Origin: Isurus oxyrinchus
Lineage: Eukaryota
Reading direction: 5' to 3'
NCBI GenBank assembly: GCA_026770705.1
Contig: JANJGN010000031.1
Location: 1,116,001-1,180,000 of the forward strand
DNA length: 64,000 nucleotides
Shown here: positions 36,945 through 48,071 of the stretch, in pieces
How positions within the stretch are numbered: the first letter of the stretch is position 1
How the letters are laid out: each line of letters begins with the position of its first letter
Program-made: the position numbers and the translations under genes
Notes under the pieces: model-generated
Seen by the model: the letters and a program-made list of their open reading frames with translations, nothing else
Databases searched by the model: none
What the model was told of the DNA's origin: nothing

Positions 36945-36983
36945 CACATCGACTCAAAGAGACGGAAGAGTTCAACAAAAACC
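36945..36983 (+). promoter_or_regulatory. 23-RSS with weak heptamer
   Basis: CACATCG + 23 bp + ACAAAAACC. Confidence 0.88.
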
Positions 36984-37272
36984 CCAACGGGACTAAACTA
37001 TAACTGTAGGAGAGAGAAATCTCTTTCCATCTCTTTTTATCTTTCCATTTGTCCGTCTGTCTTATCAACCTATCTTCCTATCTATCTATCTATCTGTCTA
37101 TCTATCTATCTTTATATCTATCTCCCTATATAATTCCTATATATCATCTATTTATTTATCGCCCATCAATTGGGATCTCTATTATCTCTCTATCTATCTA
37201 CTTACTTAACGATATAGTTTCCCAATCACACAGGCAGTTTCAAACATACGTGTTTTCTCCACATTTCCTCAG

Positions 37273-37596
37273 GCAAAATGTTGGCAGAGGCGATGCACGA
37301 ATGGCCAATTCTGGTGTCGATGAATAGAGGCGAGCCAGCAGCATGAAACTGTTACCAAAATGGGGGCAGCAATAGCCTCATGCTCTGGTATAGTCCTTCG
37401 GTCGCCAGGGCCTCAGCCTAATGGGATATTCCTCGAATGGAATTGCAGCCAAATACCAAGAAGGCTTTGAGAAGGACGTCAAGATTATAAGGCCGTTGAA
37501 CTTTGCAGCTTGAGGATTTAGCAGGTTTCGATGGCGGATTCGGCCGAAAGCAGTGAGCAAAGAGCTGAAGACTGCTTTGGTGCCAATTCCAAAACC
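37273..37596 (+). pseudogene. TRBV: V pseudogene, duplicate of 28692-29019
   Basis: EAMHEWPILVSMNRG, NSLMLWY, LSLMGYSSNGIAAKYQEGFEK; YYC deleted; CAAAGAG(37558) + 23 bp + TCCAAAACC. Confidence 0.88.
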
Positions 37597-39049
37597 AACC
37601 GGTTGATGGCTAAGAGCTGTGACAGCGGCAAGTGTCTTCCCGCTACACGGAATCCACCAATTCCACCAATTCTTTCGCACCTTCACCAAGACAGAATGAG
37701 AGGGAAATAACAGAAGTTCCAGAATATGAGGGGGAGCGAGGGAAAGAAAGAAAGGCATGTGTCTCAGATGCCACTCGGAATTCAGACTCCTTGCCTTCGC
37801 TGATTCAATTTTGTTGTGTGTGATACATTCATTCACAGTCGCTGTCCCATGAGAATTAAACCGGATGAGAACTGAGGCAAATTTTAAAAATGTTAACACC
37901 ACGGCAGGGAACTGATATAAGGAGAATTAATCATCTGAAAGGCACAAAACTGGAGAATGATGGAATACTCTCCACTTAGTTGGGTAAGTGCAGTACATTA
38001 ATACTCGTGAATTTCGACATCATCCAGGAAAAAAAAAACAGCTTGTTTGATAGGCACCCCATCCACAACCTTAAATATTTACTACTTTCGCAACGGCGGA
38101 CAATGGCAACAGTGTTTGTACCATCTACAAGAAAGACTGCAGCAACTAACTCAACAACGTTCATTACACAGCCCCTTTCAAACCTTCGACCTCTAACACC
38201 GAAAAGGTCAAGGGCAGCATATAGAGGGGAACACCGCCACCTGGAAATTCCCCTCCAAGTCATTCGCCATCCTGACTTGGAATTTTACGCCTTCCCTTCA
38301 CTGATGCTGGATCAAAAATCGGGAACTCCCTTCCCAATAGCTGTGGGGCGTAGCTACAACACATGGGCTGCAGCGGTTCAACAAAGCGGCTTACCACCAC
38401 ATTTTTTTCAAAGGCAATGAGCGATTGGAAATAATTGCTGGGCTTTTGAGCGACGGTTTAATTTGAAAAGAGTAAAGAAAATCAATGATTCAATAAAAGA
38501 AAATCGACTCTTTAGTCTGTTCTATTTGGGGCAATACGTGTCACTGATCCTGATCCAAGATTTTAGTGTTTGCACCCAGTTGGAATTTTGCAAGATTTCC
38601 ACTGTTGGCCGATGGTTGTCCCACGTGCTGGTAAGAAGTGAGCACAGCACCTTTATTGTGAATCAAGCACAACTTTCACATTTATCGCCACAAGTGTAAC
38701 TCGTAATTGTCCTAACTCTTTCTCACCATCCATGTTTCCAAAATTAAGGGTCAATGTGCTGGTGGTGTGTTATGAGGTGAAGAACTTTTTTCAGGCGAGA
38801 AATCTCCACAATAGCATGTTATGTCCACAGTTCCCCGACGGAGGCGAAGATCAGTATGTTGGTTTCCAATAGCTGCTTTGTTATTGGAAAATATTTCGTT
38901 TTAAAAGCTCAGAACATGGAGAGAATTGAGCTCAAAGTCTTTGCAGCTGCTGACGGAGTATAAACTGACATAACTTGGCTGCAGACTCATCTACCTTTAC
39001 CCAGGAGTCAAAATGCAGGTCCTAATGCCCATACCAATCTTTCTACACC

Positions 39050-39390
39050 TTGGTTAGGTACTTGTGCTGATCATAGCTTGATACCATACATTGCGTGCGG
39101 ATAAGATCTCCAGATATCTTGGTTAGACTACTCTTGGAGTGATGCACATAATTCAGGTCTCCATGTACATTGCTTAAAGTACACTCAGAGTGATGCACTC
39201 AATTCAGGTCTCCATGTGTAATGGCTACATCAAACTCGAAAGACTGTACAAAATTCAGGCCTCCATGTGTCATGGTTTGACCACGGCTGCAGGGGTGTAC
39301 ACAAATCAGGCTTCCATGTGCAATGGTTAAATCCCAACTAGAGAAAGGTGCAAGATCTTAATCTCAATATAACAAGGTTAGATTATACTT
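39050..39390 (+). repeat. ~51-bp CR1-derived minisatellite (unit B copy, more units than in A)
   Basis: Repeated ttggttagac...aattcaggtctccatgt units. Confidence 0.8.
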
Positions 39391-40354
39391 GAAGCAATTT
39401 GCACAAGTGCCGACTTTTTTCTTCCTTGGTTAGACCACATTTAGAGTATGTCCTTGTCAAACCTCTCAGTAAAGTCTTAATAAGCTGGGTCTCTTATCAC
39501 TGCTAAATAAATAACCGAAGGGTAAGTAGATAAAATTCGTGAATGGTATTAACACGTTCGATGGAATATGGATTGGGAAGATGCTTGCATTTGTGGGACA
39601 AGACCAGAGCTAGGAGGCATAAATATAAGATAACCATTAATAAATATAAAAAGGAATTAAGGGATACGATTTGATACAGACAGCGATGAAAGTGTGGAAC
39701 TCGCAACCACAGGGAGTTGGTTGAGGTGAATAGCATAGATGCAGTCAAAGGGAAGCCGGATACGCATAAGAGGGGAAAGGAAATCAAAGGAGATGCTGAT
39801 AAGTGAGATAAAAAGAGCCATAATAGATCTGTTCGGCCAAATGGTCTCATTTATGTGTTCTGCTTTATATGCGAATCCATGCAACAAACGTCAGCATCCG
39901 CTAATTGGAAAGCGGATGTACCTCCTGGCAGGACCTGCAAGTTACCCTCCAATCAGTTAAGCTGCGGATACCGCAGGACCTTGTGCATATATATCATAGC
40001 CACCAGAGGGCGATGCAGAGCCATGTCAACCTGTGTCGCTCGGTTTTTGATGCCAAATGTTTAAAAATTGAGAAATGACTTTCTCCACCTTTAGTCAATA
40101 TCTTTAGGAAGCATGGCAAGCCCTCAGGCAGGATGCGAAGGATATTCTCCAGAGAAGCCCGCCTCTGAAATGACTACTGCTGACATGGGAACCAAGGAAG
40201 CAGGAAAGAAGGATTTGTCCCACGCGTCCGAAAATGCAAGATGTTGGAGGAAGCAACAATAAATTCCACCGCCCGCACAGAACATGGAGAAATTCAAATG
40301 AACACTGCTTCTTGAATTCACACAATAAGCAATGCGGTATTCCTCTCTCCCGCG

Positions 40355-40993
40355 ATGCCTGGTGCTTAGCTCTGGGTTGTGATGGTGATGATAACGGGTA
40401 ATGTGGAGCTGGACGGTGAGGAAAAGGCGATTTTTGTGTGGATGTTTGTGTGTGTGCTTCTCACTCTTTGCCGTTCTCTGTCTCTCTCTGTCTCTCGTTC
40501 TCTGTTTCTTTCTCTTTCAATCTTTTTCCCCCACTTCCTTAGTCTATAACGGTCAGTTTCACGCTCCCTCCTCTTTCTCATCCACTCTCTGTGTGGGCAC
40601 TTCATAACGGGTTTCGATGTGGAGTTTATTCCCGGGTTTCTATGTTTCTCCCAGTCTCCCTCTCCATTTTACAGATATGGCGGAAGTCCTGATCCAACAA
40701 ACTCACTTTTCCATATCCAGTCCCTGGGCACTCCAGTTAGCATCGAGTGCCTTTACACAGAAGTAGATGCTAGAAGCAATTTCTAATGGTACCGATGGCA
40801 CCTTGACCGTGAGCCTCAGAACCTTTCCTATTCCAACGTCGCTGGCATGTTGAGGAGGAAGGTTTCACCGCGAGGACACTCAACAACAGCCTTTTTTTTT
40901 ATCAGGAGTCCTTCGGCCTCCAGGAGGATAAATAGACCGTGTATTATTGTGCCCGAAGTGTTCACTGTGACTCAGAAGAGTTCAACAAAAATC
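40355..40993 (+). pseudogene. TRBV: TRBV30-like V pseudogene with 15-bp-spacer RSS, duplicate of 32504-33166
   Basis: Leader 40355-40397 contains a TAG. V exon from 40675 has frameshifts and a TAA, ending VYYCARSV. CACTGTG(40963) + 15 bp + ACAAAAATC. Confidence 0.92.
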
Positions 40994-42891
40994 CAAAAGG
41001 GATCAAAATGAAACTGTAAGTGATATATCTCTCTTTCTGTCTGTTAGCGTTTGTGTGTCTCTCTCTCACTCTGTGTCGTTTTATCCATGTACCTCTCTGT
41101 GCACGCATGCATGGAAGTATGTATGCATCCATATATCTATTGATCTGCCTTCCTATAACTGCCCCTGTAGTTTTCAGCGCGTGGTACATCATTGTTTGTT
41201 ATTTTATTCATATCGACCAATCCTGTTCTCTTTTCCTTCAGATTATGTCCTTACATTCTGACTATTAAAATGTTACAGGAGTGTTCTGATGTTCTTCTCG
41301 TTAAGGAAGCCGCGATCATTTAGGAACATATGACGTGAATACATGGGCCTACTCGCACCATCATGCCTGTACCCGCTCTTCCAAAGAACTTTCCCCCGTT
41401 CCTTTTTGAACGTTTCCATTGAAGCCACTTCCACGCGCCATGCTCCGGTCAGAGTATATTCCAGAGTGATAAACATGCGCTGAGGAAGATTCCACACACT
41501 GGTCGCTTTGATTATTTTGGCGATTCCCTGAACTCCATGTCCCCTTGTTACTGATTACTCACCAATGGAGAGTGTTTCTCCACATTTCATAATCAAAACA
41601 CTTCAGGATTTTGAACATGCCTTTTAAACCTTCTCACTGCTCTAAAGGAAACAATTCTACAAAAATTGCATATAATTCATCTTTAAAACCTTAAGTATAT
41701 CACCGTTCATTCATACAGGGCAAAGGCGGGACATCTCTCTAGCCAACTCTCTCGCTGGGACACCTGAACCGACGGCGGTTTCAGCTAATGTTGAAGACTG
41801 TTAAAGCACCTGCCTAACACATTCTTGCTGCCTTTTGAAGATTTTACAAAACTAAGTGGAGAATTTAACCCTGAATTGTTCGTTTAGCAGACCAGAAAAG
41901 TAACTCCGCCTGCATCAAACAAGGGAGCATTTTGACGCTTTTACAAGGATCATGGAATCATACAAAACCGAACAAGACCTTTCAGCTCATGGAATTTATC
42001 CCGGTTGTTGGAAAGAGGCATCCAGTTAAAGCCACATTATCCTCCTCCCACATTACACTTTCCATGTTACCCTATCGGTACATCCTCCTATTCATTTTCT
42101 TTCTCATGCTTTTGTCCAGCTTTCCTTTAAATATATTTATGCTTTTCGCCTTAATCGGCTCCCGTGCTCCCAACTTCTACATTGTCCCCATACTCTGGCT
42201 AAAGTGACTGTTTCTGAATTCCCTACAAGATTTTTTTAGTGATTATCTTATACTGATGACGGAGAGTTTACATCTCCCTTATTCAATTGCGCCCATCCCC
42301 TGTACATTTCCAAATTCCCTCCATTTAATTCCTGTTCAACGTTTTATCCAGTGTTCTTTTGAAACTAAAATTGAATATGCTTTCATCGCACTGTCAGGCA
42401 GTTCATTCTCCACGATAAAACTCACTGAGTTAAACAGATCCTGCTGGTCTAACACTTTTGTACTTTTGTCAATGCCTCTGAACCCGAGTGCCCTGCAAAA
42501 ACATCCGTGCCTGATTAGCCACGCCCGGAAACTTCCAGTAATTAAAAAAAAACAAGATACTAGGATGCTGGAAATCTGAAATCAAAACAGAAAAGTTCCA
42601 AATCCTCAGCAGATCAGGTAACATCTGTGAAGAGAAACAAATTAACGTGTCAGGTCAGGCGATGCATGAACTGCAGAATATTCCTGGCAATTTCTCTCAC
42701 TCAGGAAATGACAAGTCCCGTTCTGGGAGCCAATGAAAACGAAAAGCAAATTGGCTTCTCCCATCAGACGATTTAACATTCGGCAAATGGGGACAGCGAA
42801 TCTCACTAGGAGCTCAGAATCTCAGATATTCTACAATATAACGGTGTAGTCATTTCACGCAGTAAACACCCGGATCTTTCACCATCCGGAG

Positions 42892-43765
42892 ATGTCTGTG
42901 TCTCATCTCTGGTTCCTGTTTCTGATGTTGCTGGGTAAGGTAGAGTTGAAAGGCGAGGTGTCAATAGTTCTCACAGTTATTGCTTTTCACATATATCCAT
43001 TTGGAGTAAAGGCATCCTTTCCCATCCCACCCGAACCTCACCCCACTCGGGGGTTCATTCATACGCCTTGAAGATGTGGAATTTCACATCTGAGTAGATG
43101 CCAAAATCTGTCTGTCACTCTCCGCCACTGTCCCTTTTTCTCTCTGTCTCTTCCTTCCTCTCGTCGCTTCCCCGTTCTCTGCCCGCCTTTGCTTCCCTCG
43201 CTCTCTATCTCACTCTCTCCATTTCGTTTTGTTCTAGGTTTTTCAAATTTTTGTGTCTCTGTCTCTGTCCACATAATGTTTTTCCCTCTCTCTTTGTCGG
43301 TCTATCTCTCTCTCTGCCTACGTGTCTCGCACTTATCTTTCTCTGTACAGTTTCACGACTCTCTCTCTCTCTCATTCACCCCGACCTACCGTTCACGCTC
43401 ACTTCTTGTGCCATTTCAAGCAGCGGCAAAATTAACATCTCTGTTTTTTCACAGTCGGTTTTACAGATGTGGAGGCCGTGCTGATCCAACAGACTCCGGC
43501 TTACATATCCGGTTCCCCGGGCACTCCAGTCAGCATCGAGTGCTTCTACACACAAGGAAGTGTTACAGCCTATTTCTACTGGTTCCGATGGTACCCTGAC
43601 CGTGAGCCTGAGATTCTTTTCTATGCTGCCGCCGCTGGCACGGTCACTCCCTCACGTGAGGTGGACGGTTTCACCGCGAGAAGGCCTGACAACATGTACT
43701 TTTACCTGGCGTCCGCCGGCCTTCGGGCGAATCACTCGGCTGTGTATTATTGCGCCTGGAGTTTA
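42892..43765 (+). CDS. TRBV: Apparently functional TCR beta V gene segment, TRBV30-like (leader 42892-42934, V exon 43455 or 43467 to 43765)
   Basis: Leader MSVSHLWFLFLMLL + GTAAGG. Open frame VLIQQTPAYISGSPGTPVSIECFYTQGSVTAYFYWFRWYPDREPEILFYAAAAG...NHSAVYYCAWS. Confidence 0.94.
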
Positions 43766-43804
43766 CACAGCGACTTACAGAGATGCAGGATCTCAACAAA
43801 AACC
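43766..43804 (+). promoter_or_regulatory. 23-RSS
   Basis: CACAGCG + 23 bp + ACAAAAACC. Confidence 0.95.
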
Positions 43805-45673
43805 CAAACAGAGCCAAAATATAGTTGTAGGAGAGAGAACTATCTTTGCCACTGTTGGTGCTTGTGTGTGTCCCTCTCTCTTTCTGCGTGTCGCTTTATC
43901 TATCTATCTAACTCTGTACACGCATACATGTAAGGATGCATGAATGTATCTATCTAATGATCTGCTAACTATTACTGCCCCTGCTGTTTTCAGCGTTTGG
44001 GACATAATTCTGTGTTACTTTATTGACATGGACTAATCTTCTCTTTTCCGTTAGATCATGTCATTACATTCTGAGTATTAAAATGTTACATGCATGTTCT
44101 GATGTTCTTCTCGTTAACGAAGCCGTAATTCTTTAACAACATATGAAGTGAAGGGGGACATGAGACTATTCGCACCATTATGCCTATACCCGCTCATCCA
44201 GAGAACTTTCCCCAGTTCCCTTTTGAACGTTTCCATTGAAGCTGCTTCCCCAGTCATAATCTATTTCAGAGCGATAACCATCTGTTGAGGAGGATTCTAC
44301 ACATCGAACACTGATTCTTTTGCCAATTCCATTCAATCGGTGTCCCCTGGTAAATGGATACTTTTTTTTCCATATTTAATCATCAAAACACCTTAGGGCT
44401 TTGTACACGTCTTTCAAATCTCCTCACTGCTCTAAGGAAACAATTCTACAGTATTAGGAAATAGTTAACCTTTAAATTCTTTAATATGTCACCGATGATT
44501 CACACAGGGCAAAGGCGGGAGATCACTTCAGATAACTCTGTCACTTGGACACCTCAATAGACGGCGGTTTGAGTTCATGTTGAAGACTGTTAAAGCATCT
44601 GCGTAACATATTCGTGCCGGCTAATGAAGAGTTTTCAATATGAAGTGAAGAATATAACCCTGAATTGTTCCTTTAGAATGTGAGAAATGAAACTGGGCCT
44701 GCCTCAAACAAGGGAGCATTTTCAGGCTTTTGGAACAATCATGGAATCATGCAAAATCGAACAAGAGCATTCAGCTCATGGAGTTTAGCCCGGTTGTTGG
44801 AAAAGAAGCATCCAGTTAATCCAACATCATCCTCCTCCCACATTACATTTCTTCATGTTACCCTATCGACACATCCTCCTATTCCTTTTCTCTCTCATGC
44901 TTTTGTCCAGCTTTCCTTTAAATGCATCTATGCTGTTCGCCTTAATCGGCTCCCGTGGTAGCAACTTCGACACTGTGCCCATAATCTGGGTAAAGTGATT
45001 GCTTCCGAATTCCCTGCTAGAATTCTTAGTGATTATCTTATATTGATTACGGCGAGTTTACATTTCCCCTATTCAATTGTGCTCATCTCCTGCACATGTC
45101 CAAGTTCCCTCCATTTAGTTCTTCTTCAAGGTTTTATCCAGTGCCCTTTTGAAACTTTTTAATGACTGTGCTTTCATCACACTGTCAGGCAGCTCATTCT
45201 TTACGATATAACGCGCTGATGTAAACGAATTCTCCTGATCTGACACTTTGGTGCATTTGCCAATGCCCCTGAATCTGAGTTTTCTCCCAAAACTTCTGTG
45301 CCTGATTAGCCACTCCCGGAAGCGACCAGTAATAAAAGGGCAAAATGCTGGGTTGCTGGAAATCCAAAATGAAAACAGAAGAAGTTATAAATACTCAGCA
45401 GGCAAAGCAACATTTGTGAACAGAAACGAAGTTAACGTGTCAGGTCAGGCAATGCCTGAATTGTTGAATATGTCTACCATTTTCTGACACTCAGCAAATG
45501 ACAGGTGCCGTTCTGGGAGCCAATGACACAGAAAAGCAATCTGGCCCCTCCCATCCAACTATTTTACATTCAGGACATGGAGACAACCAATCCTACTCAG
45601 CGCTCAGATATTCTATAACGAAACAGCGCAGTGATTTCACACAGTAACTACACGGATCTTTCACCATCCAGAG

Positions 45674-46551
45674 ATGTCTGTGCCTCGTCTCTGGTTCCTG
45701 TTTCTGGTGCTAAGGGGTAAGGCGGAGTTGAACGGCCAGGTGTCAATGATCCTCATTGCTATTTTTCGTATGTATCCCTTTGGAGTTAAGGCCGCCCTCA
45801 CTACCCGGGAGTTCATTCATACGCCTTGAAGATGTAGAATCTGTGCATCTGTTTAAATGCCAATGCCTGTCTGTCACTCTCCGTCACTGTCCCTTTCTCT
45901 GTCTCTCTCTCTCTATTCTTCTCAGCGCTTTCTCGTCCTGTGCCAATATCTGTTTCCCTTGCTCTCTTTATCTCACTCTCTCCGTCTCTTCTCGTTTATG
46001 GTTTTTCATCTTTTTGTGTTTCTCCCTCTACCTGTCTCTGTCCGTTTCACTATCTCTCCCTCTCTCTCTCTCTCTCCTTCTATCTCTATCTGTCTATCTC
46101 TCACCCTTCTCGCACTATATCTGGCTTTCTCTATACGGTTTCACCACTCCCTCGCTCTGATTCTCCCCGTCCTATCGTTCACGCTAACTTCTTGTGCCAT
46201 TTCAAGCAGTGGCAAAATTAACATCTCTGTTTTTTCACAGTCGATTTTACCGTTGTGGCGGCCGTGCTGATCCAACAGACTCCCGCTTACATATCCGGTT
46301 CCCTGGGCACACCAATCAGCATCGTATGCTTTTACACAAAAGCAAGTGCTGGCAGCGAATTCTACTGGTACCGATGGCGCCCTGCCCGTGAGCCTCAGAA
46401 CCTTTTCTATTCCAACACTGCTGGCACGGCCACTGCCTCCGGTAAGGTAGATGGTTTCACCGCGAGAAGACCCAACAACACCCACTTTTACCTGGATTCT
46501 TCCGGTCTGCGGGCGAATCACTCGGCTGTGTATTATTGCGCCTGGAGTAAA
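45674..46551 (+). CDS. TRBV: Apparently functional TCR beta V gene segment, TRBV30-like (leader 45674-45716, V exon 46241-46551)
   Basis: Leader MSVPRLWFLFLVLR + GTAAGG, acceptor tttttcacag at 46240. Open frame VLIQQTPAYISGSLGTPISIVCFYTKASAGSEFYWYRWRPAREPQNLFYSNTAG...NHSAVYYCAWS. Confidence 0.93.
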
Positions 46552-46590
46552 CACAGCGACTCACAAAGACGGAAGAGCTCAACAAAAACC
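46552..46590 (+). promoter_or_regulatory. 23-RSS
   Basis: CACAGCG + 23 bp + ACAAAAACC. Confidence 0.95.
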
Positions 46591-46984
46591 CCAACGGCAC
46601 CAAAATATAACTGTAGGACTATTAATGTTCTGCTGGACAGTCGATCCGGGCATATTGCGGGTGTCAGTGAGCCGAACAAATGATTCTCGCTACAGGGTGC
46701 AAGGAATTTCAATCGAGGCAGGGTGACCGCAGTGGAATTTCAGGAGCCGGCAAACCTTTGTCGTTCCCCATGCAAAAGGCACTGAGCCCAAAGTACAGCA
46801 ATTAAGCGCCACTGCTGTTGTGCTCAGCGGATACACAGTGTTCAGAGATGGCCGTTATGTGTATTGGCTCAGCGAACAGATCGACAGCGTTGTGCATTGC
46901 GTGTTTCCAAAAAGAAAGTTCTCTATCTTTACAGTGGCAATTAATATTTCATTCTTTGTGTTTCTCATGTTCCTCCGTTGCCGG

Positions 46985-47290
46985 CTTCATGAATCGTCTC
47001 GTTTCCCTGTGGTGGAACAGGTTGTCAGCTGTGGAGGGAAATATACTTTCCAGAAGGAAATCGGGGTTAACTATCTGTATTGGTGTCACCAGCACAACAG
47101 AGCAGGTTTGCAACTCGTAGTGATCCCGACTGGCACGTCTGAGGCAACGTCCGCAGAGGGCTTCAATGACTGGTTTAAAGGCACCTGACCCAATTTCAAG
47201 CCCGGCGTGGAGCCGACGGATACAGCACTGTATTGCTGGGCTGCCACTGATCTCAGAGACACAAAGAGGTGCAAGGCTTGTTCAAAACAA
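46985..47290 (+). pseudogene. TRBV: Degraded V pseudogene with degenerate 23-RSS
   Basis: VNYLYWCHQHNRAGLQLVVIPTGTSEATSAEGFNDWFKGT*PN..VEPTDTALYCWAAT; CTCAGAG(47252) + 23 bp + TCAAAACAA. Confidence 0.8.
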
Positions 47291-48071
47291 TATCACTCCG
47301 GAATAGTGAATGGAAAAATCGGAAATCTCAAGTAATCCACGTTCGGAAAGACACCTGTTCATTGATAAAACTTTGCCCCGTTTTCCAACAGCCCATAGAG
47401 CCTTTTAATTGATCCAATAAATCCTCCGCTCCTCCCGACAGATCGTTCAAATTCCAAGTCTCCACTTCAGCATTTTCCAAAGCAGAGGAAATAGATCCCA
47501 GCGATTCAGAAAGGGAAAAAGGAGGCAGTTTGGACTACCGTGCCTATGCCATTACTTCAAAAGAACTGCTTATTTCATTTCGCTCTAAAAGTCCTCCCTC
47601 AAGAGGCGGCCAGAATATCCCGTTCAAAATTTTTTCTAAGCCGCTTTTGTAACCTTTGCCTTGTTTCCACCATTTCCGGTACTGCATTACAGATTGTAAT
47701 AACAGAGCGAGTAAAAAACACTACTCTTCAAGCCATAACATTTTCTTTTCTGAATCACTTATAATCATCTCTTTACCATTCTGTCTGTCTCTGCAAACAG
47801 TTTCCCCTTATGTATCCAATAAAAACACTTAATTGCTTTGATGGTCTCCATCTCATGTCCTCTTAATCTAATCCATTTTTAAAATTCATTCACGGGATAT
47901 GGGTTTCACTGGCTGGGCCAACAAGTACTGCCCATCCCTAATTGTCATTGGGGAGGTAGTGGTGATCTGCCGTTTTGAAGTGCTACAGTCCATGTGGTCA
48001 CAGTCCTGTCAGGGAGGAATTTCCAGGATTTTTACCCAGTGACACTGAAGATACGACGATATACTTAAAAC

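Larger units (their letters stand above)
28065..46620 (+). repeat. Tandem segmental duplication: unit A about 28065-37015, unit B about 37020-43830, partial unit C about 43830-46620
   Basis: A and B share the order microsatellite, psiV, LINE fragment, ~51-bp tandem repeat, psiV, spacer, intact V. C repeats only the spacer and intact V. Confidence 0.92.

Noticed and set aside
39050-39390. Regularly spaced repeats resembling a CRISPR array (also 31320-31525 and 49010-49310)
   Set aside because: Eukaryotic context, no unique spacers and no cas genes; these are minisatellites.
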